DNA from: Vulcanimicrobiota bacterium
GTDB taxonomy: Bacteria > Vulcanimicrobiota > Vulcanimicrobiia > Vulcanimicrobiales > Vulcanimicrobiaceae
DNA length: 12,043 nucleotides
Direction of reading: 5' to 3'
Assembly: GCA_003133025.1 (NCBI GenBank)
Contig: PKZK01000048.1
Location: 1 to 12,043, forward strand
This document shows, one piece after another, positions 1-8,378 of the stretch. Under the pieces are notes generated by a model. The model was not told the origin of the DNA. It saw nothing but the letters and a program-made list of their open reading frames with translations, and searched no databases. Within the stretch, counting starts at the first letter, position 1, and every line of letters starts with the position of its first letter. Position numbers and translations under genes: made by a program.

Positions 1-99
1 GAAGCAAAAAAACTTCGATTTTCTGGAGGACGGTGCAACGCTCTGCGTAAATCCCTCAGTTTAGCAGAAGTTTTTTGGTTCTTTTTTTCAAAAAAGAAC
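1..99. repeat. AT-rich intergenic palindromic repeat (partial, cut by the window start), resembling Acetobacteraceae repeats
   Basis: gaagcaaaaaaacttc (1-16) is an imperfect inverted copy of gaagttttttggttc (67-81). gttctttttt (78-87) and aaaaaagaac (90-99) form a perfect inverted repeat. The Acetobacteraceae resemblance is from recall, not from a search. Confidence 0.6.
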
Positions 100-107
100 G
101 CCTTGCT

Positions 108-215
108 TAGAGTGCGATGACAACGGGTCGAACCATGAAATGGTCCGACCTGATGTCTGAATCGCCCTCTTAGATTATTTTTAGAGGCGGATTCAGAATA
201 TGTCATCCGGCTCTA
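108..215. repeat. ~108-bp CIR/Bru-RS-like alphaproteobacterial intergenic repeat (MITE-like)
   Basis: Terminal inverted repeats tagagtgcgatgaca (108-122) / tgtcatccggctcta (201-215), 12/15 match. Internal hairpins at 126-136/140-150 (10/11) and 156-170/183-197 (13/15). Two GANTC sites (159-163, 190-194) lie in the arms of the second hairpin. Confidence 0.65.
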
Positions 216-218
216 GGG

Positions 219-296
219 TCATTTCGCCAGACCCAGGCGCGGCATCTCGATGGCCGGGCAACGGTCCATGACCACGGCGATCCCGGCGTTGCGCGC
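219..296 (-). pseudogene. yccU: 3' fragment of a YccU-like CoA-binding protein gene, in frame with the GT2
   Basis: The translation ARNAGIAVVMDRCPAIEMPRLGLAK* closely matches the recalled E. coli YccU C-terminus ARDAGLNVVMDRCPAIEIPRLGLAK*. Confidence 0.8.
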
Positions 297-1547
297 CGCC
301 GACACGCCCGCGTTCGACTGTGCGATCACGCGCACGCCGGCCGCTTCGGCCACGGCACGGGTACCGTCCGTCGACCCGTCGTCGACGACGATGATCTCCG
401 TGGGCGCAAGGGTCTGCGCGCGCACCGACTCGATCGCCGCAGCGAGATAGCGCTCGACGTTGAAGGCCGGGATGACCACGCTGACCGGCGCGCGCGGCTC
501 GGAAACTTGCTCCACGACGTTTGCGTCGGCCTTCTGTTGCGCGCGCTTCGTGCGACGCCGCAGCGCTCGCGCCGCGTCGAACACCGCACGTCCCGCCGGA
601 AGCGCCGCCGCACGCGTCGCACCGTAGAGCGCGAACGTCGTTAGGTTAAAGCGTCGCGAGAGCGCCTCCTCGAGATCGCGGCGAGCGGCATCATAGCCGC
701 CGCAGCGGAACGACTCGAATGCGGCGACGCGCTCGTGAAAGGGCCGCAGCCGGGCAAACTCTTTGGGGCACTGCGGCGAGTAACGTTCGGGCGCGACCGA
801 GGTCAGCTCGCCCAGCCGCACGATGCCGCGCGCTTGACGGCGGCGGTCGGCCGAACGGCTGTCGTGGTGCGCCACGTACGACGAGAGCACGCGCTCCACC
901 ACGAGCACGTCGCTGTAACGCAGCGCGCGTAGCAACCACTCGAGGTCTTCCGCAACCAGCGCGTCGTCGTTCTCGGGCAGATGCTCGTCGTAGAAGAGTC
1001 CGTGATCGAGCAGCCAATCGCGATCGAGCAGCAGCGTCGAGGTGCTCACGAAGTTACGGCGCACCACGAGGCGCTCCATCACCGCGCGCTCGACCCGCAC
1101 CACGCCCTCGGCCAGGGTCTTTGCGGGCGCGCGGCGGTAATGCCTAACGTTGTGCAGCGCGGAGGGCTCGCCGCGCCCGTTTGGACGCGCGATCTCGTAG
1201 TCGGAAAACGAGAGGCGAACGTCCGGAGCGCGCGCGAGCGCATCCCAATGCACGGCCAACCGGCCGCTGGTCCACGTATCGTCGGCGTCGAGCAGCGCAA
1301 TCCAAGGTTCTTGCGCCGCCCGAATGCCCGCGTTGCGCGCCGCGGCGACGCCGCGATTGGTTTGCGTCAGGACGGTGGCGCCCAAGCTGCGCGCGATGTC
1401 GCCCGTGCCGTCGGTCGAGCCGTCGTCGACGACGATGACTTCGGCCGGCTGCCGCGTTTGCGCGGCCACGTCGGCCAATGCTCTGCCGATGTGGGCGGCG
1501 GCCTGGTACGCGGGAATGACCACCGAGATCGGCAGCTTCTCCGTCAC
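219..1547 (-). CDS. Family 2 glycosyltransferase: one complete GT2 domain plus a truncated second GT2 domain fused to a foreign C-terminus
   Basis: Domain 1 has ISVVIPAY, VIVVDDGSTDGT, GVAAARNAGI and IALLDADD (DxD). The second copy has VSVVIPAFN, IIVVDDGSTDGT and GVSAARNAGI but ends before its DxD. GTG start 1 nt after the upstream stop, preceded by GGAG. Confidence 0.88.
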   Translation of the reverse strand: MTEKLPISVVIPAYQAAAHIGRALADVAAQTRQPAEVIVVDDGSTDGTGDIARSLGATVLTQTNRGVAAARNAGIRAAQEPWIALLDADDTWTSGRLAVHWDALARAPDVRLSFSDYEIARPNGRGEPSALHNVRHYRRAPAKTLAEGVVRVERAVMERLVVRRNFVSTSTLLLDRDWLLDHGLFYDEHLPENDDALVAEDLEWLLRALRYSDVLVVERVLSSYVAHHDSRSADRRRQARGIVRLGELTSVAPERYSPQCPKEFARLRPFHERVAAFESFRCGGYDAARRDLEEALSRRFNLTTFALYGATRAAALPAGRAVFDAARALRRRTKRAQQKADANVVEQVSEPRAPVSVVIPAFNVERYLAAAIESVRAQTLAPTEIIVVDDGSTDGTRAVAEAAGVRVIAQSNAGVSAARNAGIAVVMDRCPAIEMPRLGLAK

Positions 1548-1548
1548 G

Positions 1549-2970
1549 TCACGCGCTCCGTGCAGGCACGAATCCCGGACGCACCAGTCGCCGCGCGAAC
1601 GCGCGCTCCGGCCGCTCGAGATTCAAGATCAGGAAGGGCAGAGAGAGCCCGAGCCACACGAACTTCAACCACATCGGATCGATGAACATCGACTGGACCG
1701 CCAATCCGACGATCGCCGCCTCGGCGGCCATGCGGAAACCGAAGTTCTGACTGCTGCGCGGGATGACGCGCAGGGAGCGGAAGCTCATGAACCAGGCCGC
1801 GAGCAGCAAGCCCAGGCCGATGATGCCGAGTTCGACGGACATGCCCACCAGGACGTTGTGCGCCGGGCGCGTCCAACCCTGACCCGAGCGTTGATATGCC
1901 AGGAGATACACCCGTGCGTAAATCTCTTGGAACGTCCCGATGCCCGAACCGAAGAGCCAGTGGCCGCGCAAAGCCTGCAGACCCACTTGCCAGATCAACG
2001 TCCGGCCGCTGCCCGTGCCGCCGCCGTCGTCGTGCAAGAAGCGCTCCCACACCAGCGGGTAGCGGAAGAGCAAAGCGACGAAACCCGCGACCATCAGCCC
2101 CACCTGGGTCAGGCTTCGGCTACGAACGGCGAAATAGGCGAACATCAAGCCCAAGGCGATGAATGCGCCGCGCGAGCCCGAGACGATCACGCCGAGCATC
2201 AGCGCAGCCGTAGCCGCCCAGCAGACGACCCTCAACCATAAGCGCTTCGTGACGACCGAGACCGAGAACGCGAAGGCCAGCGGCACGATGAAGCTCGTTG
2301 CGAAGAAGTTCTGGTCGACCACGTTTCCGTTGCCGCCGACGATCGAGAGACGGCTGCTGCCGCCGCCGAGTCCGCCGTTCGCGATCACGGCGTAGGCCAC
2401 GCTCGCGACGCCGGCGCCGACCATGATCGCAACGATCGTCTTGAAGTCGCGCCGCGTGATCGGATACATGGCGAGCACGGTCATCAGGCCGAAATTCTGC
2501 GCCAGGATGCCGTAGATGAGCCGGCCGTGATCGAAATCGAGCGACCAAAACATCGTCAAGCCGCACCACGCGATAAATGAAAGCCAGACGTACCAGGCGG
2601 GCCGCAAACGCAACATGTGGCGCGTCAACAGCATCCGCGTCACGAGCGCCACGACGGTCAGAATGCCCAGCACGCGCAGCAGCGTCGCGCCGCTCGTCAC
2701 CGAGAGCAACGGGTCGAACGGCATCAACGCGAGGAACAGCCCAAACGGGAAGATGATCGGTGCGCGCAAGAGCGCGAAGAGCGCGATCGGCGCGACGGCC
2801 AGCGCGAGTCCGAATTTCGGAAGGTGGAAGCCCGACGGCCCGCTCGCTCCGGCGACGGACTTGGCCACCACGAGTACGTAGAGCGCGATGCCCACGGCGA
2901 GCGCCGCCTTCGTCCAGAAGCCGCGCCGGTTGCCGGCAGGGCTCGCGAGCATCCTTGCCTGCGCGTACAT
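1549..2970 (-). CDS. O-antigen ligase family / Wzy-like polysaccharide polymerase (Wzy_C domain)
   Basis: Many hydrophobic segments; motifs DQNFFA, SGSRGA, GSGRTLIW, GSGIGTF and AHNVLV...ELGIIGL. Start chosen at ATG 2970, which overlaps the upstream stop (TGATG). Confidence 0.85.
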   Translation of the reverse strand: MYAQARMLASPAGNRRGFWTKAALAVGIALYVLVVAKSVAGASGPSGFHLPKFGLALAVAPIALFALLRAPIIFPFGLFLALMPFDPLLSVTSGATLLRVLGILTVVALVTRMLLTRHMLRLRPAWYVWLSFIAWCGLTMFWSLDFDHGRLIYGILAQNFGLMTVLAMYPITRRDFKTIVAIMVGAGVASVAYAVIANGGLGGGSSRLSIVGGNGNVVDQNFFATSFIVPLAFAFSVSVVTKRLWLRVVCWAATAALMLGVIVSGSRGAFIALGLMFAYFAVRSRSLTQVGLMVAGFVALLFRYPLVWERFLHDDGGGTGSGRTLIWQVGLQALRGHWLFGSGIGTFQEIYARVYLLAYQRSGQGWTRPAHNVLVGMSVELGIIGLGLLLAAWFMSFRSLRVIPRSSQNFGFRMAAEAAIVGLAVQSMFIDPMWLKFVWLGLSLPFLILNLERPERAFARRLVRPGFVPARSA

Positions 2971-3326
2971 CAGATGACCGAAAGCGCTCGGCGCAGGTCC
3001 GATATGAGGTGTTCTTCGCCGGCCCGCTTCGAGATGACGGCGCTCGCGCCCGAGACGTAGCACGAGGCCGCGTACGAAGGATCTTCGGACGCGGAATACG
3101 CGATCAGCGCGGCGTCGGGCGTGGCCTGGCGAATGCGGCAGAGCGCATTGGGACCACCGCGCTCGAAGAAGTCGACATCGACGAAAACGGCTGCGGGCGC
3201 GTGCGCCGCGATATCCTTACCGTCGATCACTTGGCTCGTCGCCACCACTTGCAATCCGGCGCCGTCGAGGCAACGCAAGAGGAAGTCGGTGAAGATGCGC
3301 TGCGGTTCGATGACATACGTGCGCAT
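2970..3326 (-). CDS. Stand-alone atypical receiver (REC) domain protein, 118 aa
   Basis: REC pattern TYVIEP / AVFVDVD / LIAYS / AVISK with no output domain. ATG 3326 is preceded by GGGGG. Confidence 0.8.
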   Translation of the reverse strand: MRTYVIEPQRIFTDFLLRCLDGAGLQVVATSQVIDGKDIAAHAPAAVFVDVDFFERGGPNALCRIRQATPDAALIAYSASEDPSYAASCYVSGASAVISKRAGEEHLISDLRRALSVI

Positions 3327-3339
3327 CAATGCCCCCGCA

Positions 3340-3984
3340 TCAGCGGACCAAACCGTGACGCACGGCGTAGACCGCGACACCGGAGCGGGCATTGACCTTC
3401 AACTTGGCCAGAATGTGGCTGACGTGGTTCTTGACGGTCTTCTCGGAGAGCGTCAGGCGCTTGCCGATGTCGCGGTTGGAGAGCCCGTCGGCGATGAGTC
3501 GCGCGATCTCGTGCTCGCGCGAGGAAAGTTCGCTCGGTTCCGGCGGACGCGCTGCGCGGCGACGTAGCATGGAACCGGCGATGCGCGGGTCGGCGTACGA
3601 GTCGCCGTTGGCCACCAGATGAACCAGTTCGATGAACGCCGCGGGCGAGGTGTCTTTGGCGACGTAGGCGTCGGCCTTGGCCGCGAGCGCGCGTTGCATC
3701 GCGCCGGGCCGGTGTTGCGCCGAGACCACGCAAATCCGGCTCTGCGGCGATACTTTTTCGCAAGCGGACAGTGCCGCTTCGATGTCGACTTCGAGTTCGT
3801 CGGCGTCGATGAAGATCAGGTCCGGCCGCAGCCGCCCGAGTTCGGCCGAACCCGGTGCGTCGGAGCGGCCGATCACGCGGATCTGCGGGTCGCGCTCGAG
3901 CAACATGGCTAGCGCTTCGGCGGCGAGCACGCGCGGTTGAACCAGGAAGACGCGGATGGTCCGCTTCCGGAGCAGCACGGTCAC
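3340..3984 (-). CDS. NarL/FixJ-family response regulator (atypical REC plus LuxR HTH)
   Basis: REC motifs DLIFID, ICVVS and AYVAK; HTH LSSREHEIARLIADGLSNRDIGKRLTLSEKTVKNHVSHILAKL. Confidence 0.93.
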   Translation of the reverse strand: MTVLLRKRTIRVFLVQPRVLAAEALAMLLERDPQIRVIGRSDAPGSAELGRLRPDLIFIDADELEVDIEAALSACEKVSPQSRICVVSAQHRPGAMQRALAAKADAYVAKDTSPAAFIELVHLVANGDSYADPRIAGSMLRRRAARPPEPSELSSREHEIARLIADGLSNRDIGKRLTLSEKTVKNHVSHILAKLKVNARSGVAVYAVRHGLVR

Positions 3985-3990
3985 CGGACT

Positions 3991-6162
3991 CTATGCTCCC
4001 GACAGTTCGACGGGTTGTGCGTCCGTGGTGCGGCCGTGATAGATCGACCGGCTGTCGGGCTTGGCGCCGTTGAGCACCGCGCCGAGCAGATTGACGGGTC
4101 CCAGTGCGAAGAGCTTGGAGAGCGCGGTCTGCACCGAACGCGCGTCGGAATGTTGTGCCGAGATGACCATCACGGCTCCGTCGGCCTGGCGTGCCAGCAC
4201 GGCACCGTCGACGATCGAGCGCAGCGCCGGCGTATCGATGATGATCGCGTCGAAGCGCTCCGCGGCCTTGGTGAGCACGCGCCGGAAGCCTTCGCCCTGC
4301 AACAGACCCACCGGGTTCGGCGCGGGTTTACCCGCGGTCAAAACCCACACGTTCTGGTGCCGCGTGCCCTGCACGGCCTCTTCGAACCGCGCCATGCCCA
4401 CGAGCACGTCGGAGAGGCCGCGCTCGTTGGAGACGTTGAGCTTCTCGTGTACCGCCGGGCGGCGTAGATCCGCATCGACGATCAGCACGCGGCCGCGCAT
4501 CAAGCCCATGCTGATCGCGGTGTTCACCGCAACGGTCGACTTGCCGTCACCCTGTTCGGGGCTCACGAAGGCGATCGAACGCGACGGTTTGTCGGACGAA
4601 TAGCGCAGTGCCGCAACGAGTTGATAGAAGGCTTCAACCGAGAGCGGCTTCACCCACTGATTCACGCGCCAATCCGTCGCGTCGATCTGCGGGACGGTTG
4701 CGAGCACGGGCAAGCCCAAGCGGTCGCGCACGTCGTCCTCCGTGCGAAAGCGGCTGTCGAGGAAATCGGCGCCGAGCGCGGCCATGAGTGCGAGGAAGAG
4801 TCCGACGATCGCGCCCAGCACGACGTTGACCGAAAGGTTCGGCGAGACCGAAGCCACGTTCGGGTCGGCGGCTTGCGTGATGGTCACGTCCGAGAGCGCG
4901 GTGGTGCGCGCGATGATCGCTTCCTGATACTTGCGCGAGAGCGCGTCGTAGACGGCTTCGGCAGTCTTCGACTCACGCTCCAGGTCGCCGATGCGGCGCG
5001 CCTGATCGGGCAGCTTGTCCAGTCGCGGGCGGAGCGCATCGCGCTGCTGGCGCAGCGTGGCCACTTGCGCCGTTGCGCCCGAGGCCGTCGACTCCAGCGT
5101 GCTGACCTGTTGCTCGAGCGCTTCGTACGTGGGGTTCGGAATCGTCGACGAACCGGCCCCGACCTGGGCGGGCTGTCCCTTGAGCTCGCGTTGAGCGGCA
5201 GCGAGTTGGTTGCGCAGGTTGATGACGGTGGGATGCGCGTCGGTATACTGGTGGCGCGCCGAGTCGAGTTGACCTTGCAGCGTCGCGACCTGTTGCTCGA
5301 TCTGGGCGCGGACCGGATTGGCGCTCACGTTCTCTTGGCCGGTGATGGTCGCGGGCGTTGAGGCCAACTGCCCGCGAACGACGCCGAGCTGCGCTTCGGC
5401 TTGATCGGCTTCGAGTTGGGCCTGCTGCTCTTTCGCCTCGAGCGCCGCCAGGCTGTCGATGTCGGACTTGGTCTGCGAAGGCAAATCGGCGATGCCCGTG
5501 CGCACCTGATAGGCCGCAAGCGCCGATTGCGTCGCCTGCATGCGGTGCTGAGCTTCGGGCAACTGCTGATCCAAGAAACCAATGGCCGTCTCAGCTTGCT
5601 GAGAAACCAAATGACGCTCGCGTTCGACGAAGACGCCCGCGTACGTGTTCGCGATCTGTGCGGAGAGCTGCGGATCGGTCCAGGCGACCTTGAGGCTCAG
5701 GATCGAGGTATCGGTCACCGGACGCACGATCACGTGGCTCAGCAGCGATCCGACGGAAGCGTGCAACTTCAGGCGGTCGATGACGTCCTGCGCCACCGGC
5801 GATTGCTGCAGCAACTCGGCGTAGGTTTCGGGCGTCTTGCCGCCTCCGGAAGCCAGCAGCGCGTTGAGGATCGGCAGTGCGCTCGAGTCGCCGGTGCTTC
5901 CCGACTGGTCCGAACTCCCGCCAAATCCGGCGATCAATTTTACTTCGGTGGTGTACTGCTTGTGCTGCAGGAGCGTGAACACGATGACCGCGCCGAGAAA
6001 ACCGCCGAAGACGGCGAGCATGAGCTTGCGGCGGCGCACCAGCGTCGCCCAGACGCGGCCGAAGTCGACGTCGCGCGGCTCGTCGGGCGGCACGCCGAGC
6101 GAAGGCGGCGGCGCAGCGGTGGCGGGTGGACGCGCGAAGCCGCGTTGGTATCGATCGAGCAT
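3991..6162 (-). CDS. wzc: Polysaccharide copolymerase / BY-kinase (Wzc/GumC-like)
   Basis: Two TM segments flank a long coiled-coil region. Walker A SPEQGDGKST, A' VLIVDADLRRP, Walker B IIIDTP, C-terminal LLGAVLN. Confidence 0.92.
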   Translation of the reverse strand: MLDRYQRGFARPPATAAPPPSLGVPPDEPRDVDFGRVWATLVRRRKLMLAVFGGFLGAVIVFTLLQHKQYTTEVKLIAGFGGSSDQSGSTGDSSALPILNALLASGGGKTPETYAELLQQSPVAQDVIDRLKLHASVGSLLSHVIVRPVTDTSILSLKVAWTDPQLSAQIANTYAGVFVERERHLVSQQAETAIGFLDQQLPEAQHRMQATQSALAAYQVRTGIADLPSQTKSDIDSLAALEAKEQQAQLEADQAEAQLGVVRGQLASTPATITGQENVSANPVRAQIEQQVATLQGQLDSARHQYTDAHPTVINLRNQLAAAQRELKGQPAQVGAGSSTIPNPTYEALEQQVSTLESTASGATAQVATLRQQRDALRPRLDKLPDQARRIGDLERESKTAEAVYDALSRKYQEAIIARTTALSDVTITQAADPNVASVSPNLSVNVVLGAIVGLFLALMAALGADFLDSRFRTEDDVRDRLGLPVLATVPQIDATDWRVNQWVKPLSVEAFYQLVAALRYSSDKPSRSIAFVSPEQGDGKSTVAVNTAISMGLMRGRVLIVDADLRRPAVHEKLNVSNERGLSDVLVGMARFEEAVQGTRHQNVWVLTAGKPAPNPVGLLQGEGFRRVLTKAAERFDAIIIDTPALRSIVDGAVLARQADGAVMVISAQHSDARSVQTALSKLFALGPVNLLGAVLNGAKPDSRSIYHGRTTDAQPVELSGA

Positions 6163-6165
6163 CGG

Positions 6166-7080
6166 CTACGGCACCAACAGACGGCCGATGCCGAGGATCG
6201 TGCCCAGGAGATCGGCTCCGTTGATGTGTTTGCTCGCCTGGGGCACGTAGACCACGTCGCCCTTCTGCAATTCGATGTCCTTACCGACGTCTTCGCTCTT
6301 GACGATCTCGTAGATGTTGACGGTCTGCACGATCGACTTACCGTCGGGGCCGGTGCGGCGCACGACCACGCGATTGAGGTCCGGATTGAGTCCGGGATTC
6401 GTGCCGGCGCGCGCGATGGCGGCGAGCACGCGATCGCCTTGATGCAGCAGCACGTCGCCGGGATGGTCGACCGCGCCGAAGATCTGCACGTTGAGCGTCA
6501 GCGGCGAGGGCACGTACACGGTCATCTCGTTTTCCACCGGCAGGTTCAGGCTGACGTTGCCTTCGTGCAGCAGACCTTGCAGCGAAACTTCTTTGACGGT
6601 GCCGCCCGGGCTCTGCAGGCGGGCGTTAGGCAGGTCGCCGTCGGTCGGTCCGAGGCCGCCGGCCGCCGCGATCGCATCGGTCAGGCGGCTCTCGGGCTGC
6701 AGCGAATACTTGCCGGGCAGTTTGACGTTGCCCAGCACCAGCACGTCGACCGGACCCACTTGCGCGACCGCGACGGTCACGCTGGGATCGCGAAGGTATT
6801 TGCCCAGCGCCTTGACGACCGCGACGGAGGCGGCGCTGGTGGTGAGTCCCGCGACCTTCACTTCACCCGCGAGCGGCATGCCGATCGTGCCGCCCGGCAA
6901 TACGCGCAAGGCGGGTTGGGTCAACGATGCTTCGTTGTACACGGTCACGCTGAGCGTATCGCCGACGCGGATCAGGTAGTCGCCCGGCACCGTGGCTGCG
7001 CGAGCGCTTGCGGCCGGGAGACAGAACAGCGCCGCGAGCACTGCCGCCAAAAACGCGCGGCCGGTCAAAATCGCCTTCAT
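6166..7080 (-). CDS. wza: Polysaccharide export protein (Wza/OPX family, Poly_export domain plus SLBB repeats)
   Basis: Signal peptide, then DYLIRVGDTLSVTVY, GTIGMPLAGEVKVAGLT, VLGNVKLPGKY, IFGAVDHPG and LQKGDVVYVP. Start is ATG 7080 (alternative ATG 7107). The longer ORF extension overlaps the GT4 and is spurious. Confidence 0.88.
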   Translation of the reverse strand: MKAILTGRAFLAAVLAALFCLPAASARAATVPGDYLIRVGDTLSVTVYNEASLTQPALRVLPGGTIGMPLAGEVKVAGLTTSAASVAVVKALGKYLRDPSVTVAVAQVGPVDVLVLGNVKLPGKYSLQPESRLTDAIAAAGGLGPTDGDLPNARLQSPGGTVKEVSLQGLLHEGNVSLNLPVENEMTVYVPSPLTLNVQIFGAVDHPGDVLLHQGDRVLAAIARAGTNPGLNPDLNRVVVRRTGPDGKSIVQTVNIYEIVKSEDVGKDIELQKGDVVYVPQASKHINGADLLGTILGIGRLLVP

Positions 7081-7088
7081 CGCCGTCA

Positions 7089-7154
7089 AGCATACGTCGA
7101 AACGCATGGCCAACCGAAGACCCGGAACGTCCCGCGGGCTAGGTCCAAGGTCCC
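7089..7154 (-). promoter_or_regulatory. Putative internal leaderless promoter for wza with tandem DosR-like boxes
   Basis: -10-like TATGCT (7094-7089) lies 8 nt before ATG 7080, with no SD. Box AGGTC-caag-GTCCC at 7141-7154 and a second GTCCC half-site 21 bp away (7129-7133). Confidence 0.45.
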
Positions 7155-7157
7155 GGT

Positions 7158-8378
7158 TCAACGCGCGGGCTCCGGGACCACGGCCGGGACCGGCGGAGCG
7201 TATCCGGCCAAGCGAAGGAGGCGCTTCGTCGTCTCGCCGACGGCGAACTCGGCCCGCACGAAATCGCGCCCGCGGTTCCCTGCGGCCCGCCGCTCGGCCG
7301 GATCGCCCAGGTAGCGCTCGAGACCGGCGGCCAAAGCGCCAGCATCGCGTTGCGAGACCAGTTCGCCCGTGCCCGGGACCACCAGTTCGTCGAGGCTGCC
7401 CGTCCGCGTCGCCACGATGGGCAGGCCCGCGGCCATCGCCTCCATCAGTGCGACCGGGATGCCTTCGCGTTCGCCGGGACGCTCGGTGCTGGCCAAAACC
7501 GCCAGATCGTACGCGCCCGCGGCGAGCGCAGCGGTCAGTTGCTCGTGCGGCACGTTGCCCAAGAAGCGCAGCCGGTCGGCGATGCCGAGGCGCTCCGCGA
7601 GCGCGGTGAGTTCCTCGCGCAAGTCGCCGTCGCCGGCCAAGTCGCAACTGAACGCATAGCCGCGCTCGCGCAACGTGCGCAGGGCTTCGAAAAGATAGAT
7701 GTGGCCCTTGACCGGATGCAAACGCGCGATGCACACGATCCGCGAGGCGCGCTCCGGCGCCTGCGCCGTCGTCTCCGGCAACTCGACCCCGAGATGGCCG
7801 ACGACGCAGCGCGCAGCCAGTTCCGGCGGGAGTTCCCGGCGCATGCGCCGGCAATTGCGTTCGGAGATCACGCGCGTGAAGCGAGCGGAGCGCACTTTCT
7901 CGGCGACGAGATTACGCGCGAAGATGTCGTGCGAATGCGCGCTGATGCTGTACTCCACGCCGGTCAGTTGGGACACGACGTAGGCCAAGGTTGCGGGCGT
8001 GGTGAGCCACGCCGCGTGCACGTGATCGACGCCGAGCCGGCGCACTTCGGCCGCGACCGCCAGCGCCTTAGGCAGCGTCATCAGGTTCACCACGCGCGAA
8101 CGCCGCGAACTCGCGCCGAACAGGACGTCGCCCAGCACGCGCAACGCCTTTGCGGGCGCCCGTAAGAACTCGCGCAAGGCGAGCGCGGCGACTCGCGCGG
8201 AGAACAACGGCAGGTGGAGAGCCTCGACGCCGAGCGCGGGATACGCGGAAACGGCCGAGGGCGGACGGACCGGCACGACGATCACGTCCACCTCGCGGGC
8301 CAGCGCGCGGATTTCGGGCTCGAAGAATTGCTCTTCGGGCGCAAATGGGAAGAGCGAGGTGACGTACGCCATCTTCAC
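7158..8378 (-). CDS. GT4 glycosyltransferase (WcaL/AmsK-like)
   Basis: HVHAAW, YSISAHSHDIF, IARLHPVKG and EGIPVALME (EX7E). The GTG start overlaps the upstream stop (GTGA). Confidence 0.92.
   Translation of the reverse strand: MKMAYVTSLFPFAPEEQFFEPEIRALAREVDVIVVPVRPPSAVSAYPALGVEALHLPLFSARVAALALREFLRAPAKALRVLGDVLFGASSRRSRVVNLMTLPKALAVAAEVRRLGVDHVHAAWLTTPATLAYVVSQLTGVEYSISAHSHDIFARNLVAEKVRSARFTRVISERNCRRMRRELPPELAARCVVGHLGVELPETTAQAPERASRIVCIARLHPVKGHIYLFEALRTLRERGYAFSCDLAGDGDLREELTALAERLGIADRLRFLGNVPHEQLTAALAAGAYDLAVLASTERPGEREGIPVALMEAMAAGLPIVATRTGSLDELVVPGTGELVSQRDAGALAAGLERYLGDPAERRAAGNRGRDFVRAEFAVGETTKRLLRLAGYAPPVPAVVPEPAR

Noticed and set aside
1..218. IS element end or CRISPR array explaining the GT2 truncation
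   Set aside because: No transposase and no regularly spaced direct repeats. The break occurs inside a yccU-like coding fragment, not at the repeat boundary.
3560..3610. VpsT-type c-di-GMP motif W[F/L/M][T/S]R in the regulators
   Set aside because: The equivalent positions read SYADPR and SYVDPR, which are ordinary NarL-type linkers.
7174..7187. Additional DosR-like box GGGAC-cacg-GCCGG
   Set aside because: It lies within GT4 coding sequence and has a weak right half, so it cannot be separated from GC-rich background.
5401..7314. 637-aa + strand ORF, and other long antisense or alternate-frame ORFs such as 1324-2241, 7350-8165, 8405-9292 and 11281-11937
   Set aside because: They shadow well-supported genes in high-GC DNA and show no recognisable motifs.
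7108..7854. N-terminal extension of the 562-aa Wza ORF
   Set aside because: Arg/Gly/Ala-rich out-of-frame overlap with the GT4; the signal peptide begins at 7080 (or 7107).
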